DNA of 64,000 nucleotides from assembly GCA_033763315.1 (NCBI GenBank), contig JANRKS010000002.1:256001-320000 (forward strand). The letters run 5' to 3'. Of this stretch, positions 20,204 to 31,931 are shown piece after piece; the stretch's first letter is position 1; every line of letters starts with the position of its first letter. The stretch comes from Deltaproteobacteria bacterium. GTDB lineage: Bacteria; Myxococcota_A; Polyangia; Fen-1088. Made by a program: the position numbers and the translations under genes. Below the pieces are notes generated by a model. The model saw nothing but the letters and a program-made list of their open reading frames with translations, did no database searches and was not told where the DNA came from.

Positions 20204-20919
20204 TAGAAGAACCTCCGCCGCACGATGTTCAGGAAGTCGCTGGCAAAGGTTTCCATGTCGGCGCTCAAAACGCGGATACGTCGCGAGAAGAAGTTATAGG
20301 CCATAACCGCCGGGATGGCGGCCACAAGGCCGATGGCGGTCGCGATGAGGGCTTCCGCGATGCCCGGCGCAACGGTGGCCAGGTTGGCAGCGCCCTTGGC
20401 GCCGATGGAGCGAAACGAATTCATGATGCCCCACACGGTCCCGAACAGGCCGATGAACGGCGCCGCGCTGGCGGTGGTGGCCAAAAACGGGATCTTGCTT
20501 TCCATCTCGGTGATGGCGGTGGTGCGGGCTCGCGCCAAGGCGCGTTCAACGCTTTCGATGTCGCCCAGCGACGTTTCATTCTGGGTGAAATTTTCTTGCC
20601 CCTGCTCGGCGCGTCGTTTGCGTAACTTCGCAAGTTCAGCGTAGCCAGCCCGAAACACTTCGCTGACAGGAGACGGCCCCTGCTCCTCCGTAAGCTTCCA
20701 TACGTCGTCGAGGCGCTGTGTCTTCCAGAAAGAATCCAAGAACGTGCCTGAGCGGGAGCGGGCGCGGCCGAGGTACAAAACCTTTGACCCAATGATGTAC
20801 CAGGACATCACTGACATAGAGATGAGCAAGAACATCACGGCTTTGACGGTCAGGGAGGCCCCTTGAATCAGGCCAATGATGTCCAAACCGGCGGGCGCAT
20901 CGAGGAGGGAATGCAACAT
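20203..20919 (-). CDS. tolQ: TolQ/ExbB proton channel
   Basis: LATTASAAPFIGLFGTVWGIMNSF, VAPGIAEALIATAIGL; start uncertain (20919 or 20949). Confidence 0.93.
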   Translation of the reverse strand: MLHSLLDAPAGLDIIGLIQGASLTVKAVMFLLISMSVMSWYIIGSKVLYLGRARSRSGTFLDSFWKTQRLDDVWKLTEEQGPSPVSEVFRAGYAELAKLRKRRAEQGQENFTQNETSLGDIESVERALARARTTAITEMESKIPFLATTASAAPFIGLFGTVWGIMNSFRSIGAKGAANLATVAPGIAEALIATAIGLVAAIPAVMAYNFFSRRIRVLSADMETFASDFLNIVRRRFF

Positions 20920-20980
20920 GGTGGAGACTTTAGTCACGAGTTGACCCAATGCCTAGTGCCGCTTGTGTTCAAAGAGGGTC

Positions 20981-21466
20981 ATGGCTGCTAGTCTTGCGCC
21001 CGTGAAGGGCAAGCAAACAGGTCGCAAGGCCCTGTATTTACTGGCTGCGGGGGCGCTGCTGGGGGCCTTTGGTTGTGATCCCGTCAATGGCGCCGCCGTG
21101 GAAGTGTCGTGGGTGGTTCACACCCCCGGAGGCTTCGCCATCGACGATTGCTCATGTGCCGATCCGGCAATCGCCGAGGTTCGCTTGTTGCTCACGCCTC
21201 AGTCAGGCACTGAATCTGCCCGCAGCTACGACTTTCCGTGCAAGAAGCAGCGGGGCGTGACGCCGTTCGAGGTGCCGGTGGGGCTTTATGAGCTGCAAGT
21301 GCAGGCCCTGGACGCTCAAGGTCAACCGGCGGCGGGCGCCGTGGCGCCGCCTCCGTTTGTTAAACGCCTCGTGTGGGGGCAGCCGGCTTCGATGGACGCG
21401 CAGCTGATTGTGGCTTCTTGCGCTTCGCGTTGTGCGAATAAGAACGGGACTTGCAAAGCCCAATAG
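20981..21466 (+). CDS. Lipoprotein, one copy of a two-Cys beta domain
   Basis: Lipobox AFGC; VSW..SC..FPC..GLYELQVQALDAQG. Confidence 0.7.
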   Translation: MAASLAPVKGKQTGRKALYLLAAGALLGAFGCDPVNGAAVEVSWVVHTPGGFAIDDCSCADPAIAEVRLLLTPQSGTESARSYDFPCKKQRGVTPFEVPVGLYELQVQALDAQGQPAAGAVAPPPFVKRLVWGQPASMDAQLIVASCASRCANKNGTCKAQ

Positions 21467-21479
21467 AGGGAACAAAAAC

Positions 21480-22184
21480 ATGCACACGAAAATTATCACT
21501 CGCTTGTCGTTATTGGCCTCGGTTCTGGTCGTGCCCGCTTGCGGCGGCTCCAACGATTCGGGTTTGTTTGTGGATTGGCAGATCGAGGACGTGGGCCCGC
21601 CCATCAATGACACTGTGTCTTGCGACGAGGCGGGTGCCGCCACGGTCGTGCTTGAGGCGACCAACGCGACCCGCGGTACCCCCGCGGAAATTTTTAACGT
21701 GCCGTGCGCCAGCGGTAGCCTCACCACCACCCCGCTCGCGTCGGGCACTTACAATGTGAATCTGCGTCTCCTGCGTTCCGATAACGTGGAGGTCAGCTCC
21801 ATCGCGCTGCCACCTATTGGTGTCCGTCGCTCGGGCGTCTCTGACCTTGGCACCGTGGTGTTCGAGATCCAGTCCTTTCAGTCCCAATGGATCGTCACCA
21901 AATCAACGGCCCCGCAAGTTGCCGTCAGCTGCACTTCGGTGGGCGCCACCACCGTTGAATTTACGGCCGCCTCAGTGTCGCCTGGCGCAGCGCCCTTCGT
22001 GTTTCGCTTTCCCTGTGGGCCGGGCCTTGGCGTGACGCAGGCCATTCCTGATGACACCTACAATCTAACGTTCCGGCTGCTCGATGCAGGCGGCAACCCG
22101 CTTTCCGTGTTTGGGCCGATGGCCTTCACAACGCCTGTGGGCACGCCGGCTGTGCTTCCGCAGATTACATTCACCGTAAACTAG
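21480..22184 (+). CDS. Lipoprotein, two tandem copies of the same domain
   Basis: Lipobox VPAC; internal duplication of W..SC..G..F.(V)PC..TYN...RLL. Confidence 0.75.
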   Translation: MHTKIITRLSLLASVLVVPACGGSNDSGLFVDWQIEDVGPPINDTVSCDEAGAATVVLEATNATRGTPAEIFNVPCASGSLTTTPLASGTYNVNLRLLRSDNVEVSSIALPPIGVRRSGVSDLGTVVFEIQSFQSQWIVTKSTAPQVAVSCTSVGATTVEFTAASVSPGAAPFVFRFPCGPGLGVTQAIPDDTYNLTFRLLDAGGNPLSVFGPMAFTTPVGTPAVLPQITFTVN

Positions 22185-22199
22185 GGCTATAACCCCGGC

Positions 22200-22703
22200 G
22201 TGCTTCTCGCTCGCTCTTACGTTGGGTTGATCTTTCTCGCTGCAGTCGCTTCGGGGTGTTCACAGGACGCGTCGTATACGGTCACCTGGCGCTTCGCCAA
22301 TGAAGCGCCCGGCGCGTTTTCAGCGCGCAGCTGCGGCAGGGCTGGAATTGAGTCGTTTGAGGGCGTGGAAGCCGAAACGGTGAGCAAAGAGATCCACTCG
22401 TTTCGAGCGGTCTGCGGCGCCGGGGAATTGCGGCGTTCGTTGCCGCCCGGCACCTGGCAAGTCACTTTGCGAGGCGTGGATCCGGCAGGCCGGATGCCCG
22501 TGAACGCCGACGGCTCTGCCATCGTGCTGGGAACGTCGGGAAGTTTTGTCTTGGATCTGAACGCCCCAGAACCTGTGGTTGAGGTGGCCGTGGCCCCCGC
22601 AAGCTGCAAAGACGGCCTCGACAACGACGGCAATCTGCTGGTCGACGGCAACGATCCCGCCTGTGAGGGCAACCCCAACGGAGAAATTCGCAAGGCGCCT
22701 TAA
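22200..22703 (+). CDS. Lipoprotein, same domain plus C-terminal Ca-binding-like motif
   Basis: Lipobox ASGC; VTW..SC.RAGI..C..GTWQVTLRGVD; CKDGLDNDGNLLVDGNDPAC. Confidence 0.7.
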   Translation: MLLARSYVGLIFLAAVASGCSQDASYTVTWRFANEAPGAFSARSCGRAGIESFEGVEAETVSKEIHSFRAVCGAGELRRSLPPGTWQVTLRGVDPAGRMPVNADGSAIVLGTSGSFVLDLNAPEPVVEVAVAPASCKDGLDNDGNLLVDGNDPACEGNPNGEIRKAP

Positions 22704-22759
22704 CGAAGCCCTGATGTAGGTGACGCGTGGCTCGTCAAATACCGTGGTAGATTTTGAAT

Positions 22760-23485
22760 ATGAGCGCACCGCCAGAGCGCCAGCCGCCGCTGCCCGAATG
22801 GCTACGCCCTGTGGCCCAGCGGTTCAGTCCATTCATCAAGTGGTTGGTGATCGTGGAGACACTGGCCTACTTCATGTACGCCACAGCCCCGGCGGCCCGC
22901 GACTTCATCGTTTCGCAGTTGGCGCTGGGGCCGAACATGGCCACTGGAAAATTCTGGCAGCCCGTGTCCGCCCTGTTCGTGCACGTGGATCCGCTCACCT
23001 TTGCTATCAACATCATTGGTGTGTGGTTCTTGGCCTCGGCGATGGAAGTGGCGCTGGGGCGCGCCCGGTTTTTGTTGGTTTTCTTTGTGCCTGCGATTTT
23101 GGGGCACTTGGCCCAGGGCGTGGCTTCCGCTTTGTTGGGCAACGTGTTCGTCGCGGCCGGTTGTGGTCTTTCTGTGTTGGCGGTGATCGTGGCTTTCGGC
23201 GTTCACTACGACCGCACGCCCGCACGCATTTGGGGACGCTTGATTCTGCCCGCCCGAGGCTTTGCCGCCTTGCTGGTGTTGTTCTCTCTTAGCGTTGAGC
23301 TTGTGTCGCACCGGTGGCCCGCCATGGTGGGCACGGTGGTCAGCGTGTTGATGTCGTATGTTCTGTGCGGCGGAAAAGGCGAGCCCATCGCGCCGCCCAA
23401 GCCTGCGCGTCCCAGCCGGCCTCGCGTGCAAATGCAGGTGCTTGAGGGCGGCAAAGGCAAAACCGATCCTCGCTATTTGAACTAG
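22760..23485 (+). CDS. Rhomboid-like intramembrane protein
   Basis: GKFWQPVSALFVH, E..LG..RF, multiple TM; canonical GxSG/His catalytic residues not evident. Confidence 0.7.
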   Translation: MSAPPERQPPLPEWLRPVAQRFSPFIKWLVIVETLAYFMYATAPAARDFIVSQLALGPNMATGKFWQPVSALFVHVDPLTFAINIIGVWFLASAMEVALGRARFLLVFFVPAILGHLAQGVASALLGNVFVAAGCGLSVLAVIVAFGVHYDRTPARIWGRLILPARGFAALLVLFSLSVELVSHRWPAMVGTVVSVLMSYVLCGGKGEPIAPPKPARPSRPRVQMQVLEGGKGKTDPRYLN

Positions 23486-23559
23486 CGCAGGCGGCGCCGT
23501 GGGAGTCTTGCCGGACGCAAACGCGCCTCGGCCTTGAAAAGCCAGGCCCCAGTCGGTAG

Positions 23560-25715
<2,156 letters not shown>

Positions 25716-25757
25716 CGTCCGGTTGCGGTTTGCGGAGTTGGGACAGGCGAGGGATTT

Positions 25758-26450
25758 GTGACGATGAACTTGAAACGAAAACCAGTGTGCGGAAGTGGCG
25801 CGGTGTTGGCCGCAATCGTGTGCGTGGGCTTGGTGAGCTTGGCGCCTTCTGCGTTTGCGCAATCCGCGGCTGCGGGGCGCATACATGCGCAAAAGGCCAC
25901 CAAGTTGGCGGAGCAAGGCCGGTGCGCGAAAGCCATCCCCGAATACAGCAAGGCCTACGAGATTCTTAAAGACCCTGCGATTTTGTTTAACCGTGCTGAA
26001 TGCCAGCGCAAGCTGGAGCATAGCGAAGAAGCTTTGGCCGATTACGAGCGGTTCTTGGTGGAATTGCCGAAGGCACCGAACCGCGACACGGTTCAAACGC
26101 GGATCGATGAGCTGCGCACGAAGTTGAATATGCCAACCTCGACGGCCAAAGCTGTCGACAAGCCCACAACGTCCGCACCTATCCTTGACGACGCGGAAGA
26201 TGAAGCACCGGCGGCAAGCGCTGGCGGCGAAAAGGACTTGGCATGGACCCCTCCAGCCCCAGCCGCGGGCGGCGTTCGCCTGGGTGCAGACGAAGCGCCT
26301 GTGGAAGAAGAAGACGGCGGCGTATCGCCGTGGGTGTGGGTTGGGCTAGGCGCCGTTGTGGTCGCCGCGGGCGCTGTGGCCGCCATTTTGATCGTCGGCA
26401 AAAAAGACACTGACATTCCGGAGAGCGGTCTTGGCAACTTCAAATTTTAA
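25758..26450 (+). CDS. Exported TPR protein with C-terminal TM anchor
   Basis: Signal peptide AFA, TPR (ILFNRAECQRKL..ALADYERFL), PWVWVGLGAVVVAAGAVAAILI. Confidence 0.8.
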   Translation: MTMNLKRKPVCGSGAVLAAIVCVGLVSLAPSAFAQSAAAGRIHAQKATKLAEQGRCAKAIPEYSKAYEILKDPAILFNRAECQRKLEHSEEALADYERFLVELPKAPNRDTVQTRIDELRTKLNMPTSTAKAVDKPTTSAPILDDAEDEAPAASAGGEKDLAWTPPAPAAGGVRLGADEAPVEEEDGGVSPWVWVGLGAVVVAAGAVAAILIVGKKDTDIPESGLGNFKF

Positions 26451-27039
26451 GTGGGCGAAGTGGGCGGCCTTGGCCGCTGTGGTGTTGGGGTTTGCGCTGC
26501 TTGCCAACGCGTGCGGCGACACCGATACGGTGTTGTTCATACGTGTCACCGGCTCGACGGCGGGAACGATAAGTCAGTTCAACGTCGAGGTGGACATCGA
26601 CGATGAAACGCGCACGTTCAGGATCCCCGAGAGCAAGACGGTTATCAATTTGCCCACGAGTTTCACTTTGCAGGTAGGCCCCAGTTTCACAGGGGCCGCA
26701 AACATCCAAGTGCAGGCACTCAACGAATCCGGCCAGGTCATCGGCGAGGGCATGATCACCACGGGCACACTGGCAGCGGGTAAGCTCAACACCATCGATG
26801 TGCAGATTGCACCTGTCGTCGTTGGCTCTTCAGATGGCGGCGTACGCAAAGACGCCGCTGTGGACGGACCTGCCAATGATGGCGCCGTGGACGCGCCCGC
26901 CACGGACGCAAGTGACGGTGGCGGCACCGATGGAGCGCTTATGGACGCGGCCAAACAGCCCGACGCAACCGTCATGACACCCGACGCTGCCAACCCCGAC
27001 GTGGGCGCGGCAGACGCGGGCGACGACGCGGCCCTATAA
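26431..27039 (+). CDS. Lipoprotein with D-A/G-rich tail
   Basis: Lipobox ANAC; LPTSFTL beta core; repeated DGG/DAA/DAP/DAG tail. Confidence 0.7.
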   Translation: MATSNFKWAKWAALAAVVLGFALLANACGDTDTVLFIRVTGSTAGTISQFNVEVDIDDETRTFRIPESKTVINLPTSFTLQVGPSFTGAANIQVQALNESGQVIGEGMITTGTLAAGKLNTIDVQIAPVVVGSSDGGVRKDAAVDGPANDGAVDAPATDASDGGGTDGALMDAAKQPDATVMTPDAANPDVGAADAGDDAAL

Positions 27040-27046
27040 ACGTCCC

Positions 27047-28273
27047 TTGGAGAACGCTGTGCTTTCACCCGTGCGTTTGCCGTTAGCCGTCGCCGCCGAT
27101 CCAACGCCGCCAGGGGCTGCTGGCGCCGATGCGGCCCACGTTGTGGATGCTTCGTCACCCCAGTGGCTCGATTGGCGCTGGCAACTGCGCAACCGCCTTT
27201 CGAATCTCGACGACGTGGCAGATCTGCTGGCGCTTGAGCCCGAAGAGCGTGCGGCGCTGGAGGTGGCGCCCGAGAAGTTTCGCGTGGGCATCACGCCGTA
27301 CTACGCCTCGTTGATGGATCCGTCGCATCCGTATTGCCCCGTTCGCATGCAAGTGGTTCCTCGGTTGGGCGAACTTAAGGTTGAACCGGGCGAGTTAGAG
27401 GATCCGTTGGGCGAAGACTCACACCGACCGGTGTCGGCGATCTTTCACCGCTATCCGGATCGTTGCTTGCTGCTGGCGCTCGATCGTTGCGCCATCTATT
27501 GCCGCCACTGCAACCGTCGGCGGTTGGTGGGCCAAGAAGAGTCATCGATCACCAAAGCCGATCTCACGGCCGCTGTTGATTACATTCGTCGCACACCCGC
27601 GATCCGCGACGTGCTGATCTCGGGCGGCGATCCGCTTACGCTTTCCACCAGCAAGCTGGAAGAAATTGTTGCCGCTGTGCGCGCGGTGCCCCACGTGGAG
27701 ATCATTCGCATTGGCACGCGCGTGCCCGTTGTGTTGCCGATGCGCATTGATGAGGAGCTGTGCACGATGTTGCGCAAGTATCATCCGCTCTTCATCAACA
27801 CACACTTCAATCACCCCAAAGAGCTTACGCCGTTGGCGCGGGCCGCGTGCGAACGTTTGGCTGACGCCGGCATTCCCATGGGCAACCAAACGGTACTTTT
27901 GCGGGGAGTGAATTCATCAGCGCGCGTGTTGCGCAAGCTGTTCACTGAACTGCTGCGCGCCCGCGTGAAGCCTTATTATTTGTTTCAAGGCGATGTGGCC
28001 GAAGGCACGGGCCACCTGCGTACACGCGTGGAAACCGCTGTTGAGCTCATGGGCCAATTGCGAGGCCATATCACCGGCATGGCGATCCCGCATTTGGTGA
28101 TCGACACCCCGGGCGGCATGGGCAAAGTGCCTGTGGGGCCCGATTATGTGATCGAGCGCAGCCCTACGGCGTGGCGTTTACGCAATTACGAGGGCAAGGA
28201 AGTTTCATACCCGCAGCCCGTCGCCGAGGATCCCACCTGCGTTTACGACGACGTCTATTTCGCCGAGGGGTAA
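27047..28273 (+). CDS. kamA: KamA-family radical SAM enzyme (lysine 2,3-aminomutase-like)
   Basis: DPLGED, HRYPDR, CAIYCRHC, ISGGDPL, NQTVLLRGVN, PYYLFQ; start uncertain. Confidence 0.88.
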   Translation: MENAVLSPVRLPLAVAADPTPPGAAGADAAHVVDASSPQWLDWRWQLRNRLSNLDDVADLLALEPEERAALEVAPEKFRVGITPYYASLMDPSHPYCPVRMQVVPRLGELKVEPGELEDPLGEDSHRPVSAIFHRYPDRCLLLALDRCAIYCRHCNRRRLVGQEESSITKADLTAAVDYIRRTPAIRDVLISGGDPLTLSTSKLEEIVAAVRAVPHVEIIRIGTRVPVVLPMRIDEELCTMLRKYHPLFINTHFNHPKELTPLARAACERLADAGIPMGNQTVLLRGVNSSARVLRKLFTELLRARVKPYYLFQGDVAEGTGHLRTRVETAVELMGQLRGHITGMAIPHLVIDTPGGMGKVPVGPDYVIERSPTAWRLRNYEGKEVSYPQPVAEDPTCVYDDVYFAEG

Positions 28274-28276
28274 AGC

Positions 28277-29236
28277 ATGTTCTTTGTGGCGCCAGCGTTG
28301 TTGGTGGCCGCCGTGGTGGTGTGGCGCAAATCGTGGCCGGCCTCACCTCGCCGTCGAATGTGGGCGATCATCACAGCCGCTGCGTTTTTGCTCTGGCCGC
28401 TTTTGGCCAAGCCCTTGCCCTGGGCTTATGGGCCACTGAATGCAGGTCTGTCGCTGGCCATGGCGATCAAGGTGGTCGATGTTCAGCAAGGCCGCGTGCG
28501 GCCCGACACGTTGGCCAGCTGGTGGCGGTTTGTGGTGTGGTTCATCGTGCCGCCGGACACGCATTTCGCCAACGACGCAGCAGATCGCGCACGGATGCGA
28601 CGGGCTGGAATCCGTCGCTGGGGTCGAGGTGTTGTGAAGGCGGTGTGCCTCTTGGTGCTGCTTTGGTTCGACGCACGCCACGCGTGGCCGTGGCCCTTGC
28701 GAGCGTGGGCGGATGCGTTCGGCATCTATTTCATGGTGTCGGGACTGGCCGACTTCGTAACCGGCACAACCTCGCTGTGCGGCTTCGCTACGCAAGAGGT
28801 GTTCGCCGCGCCGTTTCTTTCACGCTCGCCCGGTGAATTTTGGGGCCAGCGTTGGAACTTGTTCGTGAACCACTTCTTCCGGCGCCACGTGTTTATGCCG
28901 CTCATCAAGCGCGGTGTGTTCCGCGCCGCCGCTGTGGTGTTCTTGCTCAGCGGCCTGGCGCATGAGTACTTCGTGCTGGTGTGCGTGCCAACGCAGGCGT
29001 TTTTGCCTGGCTACATGACCGCCTTCTTCGTGGTGCAAGGCCTGGCGGTGATGGCGGGAACGTGGTGGCGCGCGCATCACGCGCGGTTTGCGCCCGCGCC
29101 CTTCAAAGTGGCTATGCACTTCGCGTGGATGGCCTGCACCGTGTGGTTGTTCGTGCGGCCCATCGATCCTGTGATCACGGCCTTTGAATCGTTCGTGCGG
29201 TCACTCGTGTTCGGTCCGTGGCTCAAGTTTCTTTGA
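28277..29236 (+). CDS. MBOAT-family acyltransferase (wax synthase-like)
   Basis: PFLSRSPGEFWGQRWN and FLLSGLAHEY (catalytic His). Confidence 0.85.
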   Translation: MFFVAPALLVAAVVVWRKSWPASPRRRMWAIITAAAFLLWPLLAKPLPWAYGPLNAGLSLAMAIKVVDVQQGRVRPDTLASWWRFVVWFIVPPDTHFANDAADRARMRRAGIRRWGRGVVKAVCLLVLLWFDARHAWPWPLRAWADAFGIYFMVSGLADFVTGTTSLCGFATQEVFAAPFLSRSPGEFWGQRWNLFVNHFFRRHVFMPLIKRGVFRAAAVVFLLSGLAHEYFVLVCVPTQAFLPGYMTAFFVVQGLAVMAGTWWRAHHARFAPAPFKVAMHFAWMACTVWLFVRPIDPVITAFESFVRSLVFGPWLKFL

Positions 29237-30026
29237 AGGCGCTGGGGCAGTGGGGCACCAGCGGGCAATGTTCGCAATCGGGCTTGCGGGCAAAGCACAT
29301 GCGGCGGCCGTGGTAGATCAACAAGTGAGGCAGCTCGATCCACTTTTTCTGTGGCACCACTTGCATCAGATCCTGTTCGATCTTCTCGGGCGTGGTGTTG
29401 CGGGTTAACCCCAATCGCATGGATAACCGCTGCACGTGCGTGTCCACCACAACGCCCACCGCCACACCATAGGCCGTGCCCAAGACCACGTTCGCTGTCT
29501 TACGGGCCACGCCTTTGAGGCTTAACAATTCGTCCACGGTCTTCGGCACCGCGCCGCCGAAGCGTTCTTGCAGCAGCTTTGACGTGGCCAACAAAGACTT
29601 CGTCTTCTGCCTGTAAAAGCCGGTGGATTTGATGATGTCTTCGAGGACCTCGGGTGGCGCCGCGGCCATGTCCGCGGGCGTGGGGAAGGTCGCGAATAGA
29701 TGCGGGGTCACCTTATTGACCCGTTCGTCGGTGCATTGTGCCGAGAGGATCGTCGCGCACAGGAGCTCGAAAGCGTTCTTATGATGCAGCTCGCACTCAG
29801 CGTTGGGGTAAAGCTTTTCAAGCCCCTTGAGCAACGCCGTTACGCGTGGCGCTTCGGGCGGCCAGGGGCTTTTGACCGGCTTGCGGTTTGCTTTCGTGAT
29901 GGGCCCTGCTGGCTTGCGTCCGCCTCTGGCCGCCACCTTCGCAGGTGAAGGCGGTTTGCTCGACTTCAGCCGCTGGGGCGTTTGCGGAGCGGTGGGGACC
30001 AACGGCGTCTTTTTTGCGGCGGGCAT
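29223..30026 (-). CDS. nth: Endonuclease III
   Basis: ILSAQCTDERVN, GVARKTANVV HhH, VDTHV, C-x6-C-x2-C-x5-C Fe-S motif; basic N-extension. Confidence 0.95.
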   Translation of the reverse strand: MPAAKKTPLVPTAPQTPQRLKSSKPPSPAKVAARGGRKPAGPITKANRKPVKSPWPPEAPRVTALLKGLEKLYPNAECELHHKNAFELLCATILSAQCTDERVNKVTPHLFATFPTPADMAAAPPEVLEDIIKSTGFYRQKTKSLLATSKLLQERFGGAVPKTVDELLSLKGVARKTANVVLGTAYGVAVGVVVDTHVQRLSMRLGLTRNTTPEKIEQDLMQVVPQKKWIELPHLLIYHGRRMCFARKPDCEHCPLVPHCPSAFKET

Positions 30027-30105
30027 GCGGCGGGCAGGGTCTTAGCACGCGGTCGCTTCGGCGGCCGGCAGCGCGGGCGCGCGCCAGGTGATGTAAAGTA
30101 TCGGC

Positions 30106-30456
30106 GTGGACGAGACACCTGAAGAGTTGGAACGCCTGCGCGACGAGGCCGATGGCATTGACGTGAACCGGTACCGCCGCAAGCGCCGTGCGATCTATGG
30201 CCTGATCGTGGGCTCGCTGGCAGCGGCGGCGGTGTGGGGTGTGCTTGAAATGGTGGACCAGCGGCGCAACCCCTGCCAACGCGTTCATGATTACTATTGC
30301 CACCACGATCCCGCGTCGCTCAACTGCACGACATATAAGGGTATCTTAAAAGAATCCGAAGCCGACGGCAGCGTTGCCATGCGACGGAACATCAAGCATC
30401 AGTGCGAACGTAAGATCGAACGGCTCAAGAGCGACGACGGCATCAACGTGCCGTAG
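30106..30456 (+). CDS. Small single-TM protein with four-Cys C-terminal domain
   Basis: RRKRR then TM helix, then four Cys. Confidence 0.6.
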   Translation: MDETPEELERLRDEADGIDVNRYRRKRRAIYGLIVGSLAAAAVWGVLEMVDQRRNPCQRVHDYYCHHDPASLNCTTYKGILKESEADGSVAMRRNIKHQCERKIERLKSDDGINVP

Positions 30457-30460
30457 CGGC

Positions 30461-31837
30461 TCACGGAAAGATCTTGCCGGGGTTCATCAATCCCATTGGA
30501 TCGAACGCGGCCTTCAGGCGCTTTTGCAGCGCGATCAAACCGGGGCTTTGCTCCCACGGCATGTAACGTGATTTTGCGATGCCGATGCCGTGCTCGCCCG
30601 ACAGCGTGCCGCCCATCGCCAGCGTTTCGCGAAACACATCGTCAATCGCTGCGTCGATGCGGGCCCTCACCGCCGGATCGCGGCTGTCTTCATCGGAAAG
30701 AACATTGACGTGCAAGTTGCCATCACCTGCGTGGCCATAGGCCGCGATCGTGATGCCGTGCTTGCCGCCCACCGCGTAGAGGCGTTCAAGCGCCTCGGGG
30801 ATTTTCGATAGCGGCACCACCACGTCTTCCGATAGCTTGAATTTGAAGGCGGCCGTCAGGCTGCGCGAAGCCATCCGTCGCGTTTGCCAGATGCGCTCTC
30901 GGTCCTGATCGTCGCGAGCCACCAAAACATCTTCGGCCTCGAACGATTCGAACAAAGCACCCGTGCGTTCAAGTTGCGTCGCCACTGTGTCGGCGTCGCC
31001 ATCAAGCTCCACCAAAACGGCGGCGCCAGCGTTGAGCGGCAACTTATAGGGCGCCTTGTCGCGCACGTGGCTCAACGTCACCTTATCCAAAAGCTCAACG
31101 GCCCGCGGACGTGCGCCTTGTCTCAACAAAGCACTGATCGCGCGGCCGGCGACGACCGCGTTCGGCATGACGGCCAACAGCAGCCCTGTGGCCTCTGGCC
31201 TGCCGATCAACTTGACCGTGAGCTCCGTGGCCACACCGAACGTGCCCTCCGAACCAACGAACGCGCCCACCAGATCGTAGCCCGTAACGCCTTTTTGCGT
31301 GCGCCGGCCCATAAACAGCGATTCGCCATCTGGCAGAACCACGTTGAGCCCCAACGTCCAATCCCGAGTCACGCCATATTTGAATGCGCGCGGGCCGCCG
31401 GCGTTGGCCGCAACGTTGCCGCCCATGCTGCACATCGAAAGGCTAGCTGGATCAGGCGCGTAAAACAGACCTTCGGCTTCGACGGCCGTTTGCAGATCGG
31501 CGGTGATGACGCCCGGCTCAAGCACCGCTGTGAGATCGCCCGCATCAATCGACTTGATGGCGCGCATGCGTTCTGTGGAAAGGACGATGCCACCGCGGAC
31601 GGGCAGGGCGCCGCCAGTTTTCCCGGTGCCCGCACCCCGCGGTGTCACGGGGACCTTGTGTTCCGCCGCCAACCGCAAGACCAACTGCACCTCCTCGGTG
31701 CTCGTGCACAATACGGCAGCGTCAGGCGGATAGGCTCCTAAACCAGACTCGTCCTTCGCGTACGTATCGAGCGCGTCTTCATCGCGGATCACCCGATGGT
31801 CGCCCAGTTCACGCGTGAGTCGGTCGTAGATGTTCAT
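30461..31837 (-). CDS. FAD-linked oxidase, GlcD/D-lactate dehydrogenase family
   Basis: PRGAGTG, PDPAS, GSEGTFG, GHAGDGNLH, SGEHGIG, MNPGKIF. Confidence 0.92.
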   Translation of the reverse strand: MNIYDRLTRELGDHRVIRDEDALDTYAKDESGLGAYPPDAAVLCTSTEEVQLVLRLAAEHKVPVTPRGAGTGKTGGALPVRGGIVLSTERMRAIKSIDAGDLTAVLEPGVITADLQTAVEAEGLFYAPDPASLSMCSMGGNVAANAGGPRAFKYGVTRDWTLGLNVVLPDGESLFMGRRTQKGVTGYDLVGAFVGSEGTFGVATELTVKLIGRPEATGLLLAVMPNAVVAGRAISALLRQGARPRAVELLDKVTLSHVRDKAPYKLPLNAGAAVLVELDGDADTVATQLERTGALFESFEAEDVLVARDDQDRERIWQTRRMASRSLTAAFKFKLSEDVVVPLSKIPEALERLYAVGGKHGITIAAYGHAGDGNLHVNVLSDEDSRDPAVRARIDAAIDDVFRETLAMGGTLSGEHGIGIAKSRYMPWEQSPGLIALQKRLKAAFDPMGLMNPGKIFP

Positions 31838-31854
31838 GGCGTTACCCGTAACGA

Positions 31855-31890
31855 AAAACCGCCGCGCGAGCGTTAACCCGGGCGGCGGTC
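31855..31890 (-). terminator. Intrinsic terminator downstream of erpA
   Basis: accgccgc...gcggcggt stem followed by T-run on minus strand. Confidence 0.7.
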
Positions 31891-31931
31891 AATATGATGC
31901 ACCGAATGCACCAAGATCCAAGGGATCCGTT

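Noticed and set aside
27047-28273. EF-P modification enzyme EpmB
   Set aside because: No efp or epmA nearby and length fits the KamA type; substrate left unassigned
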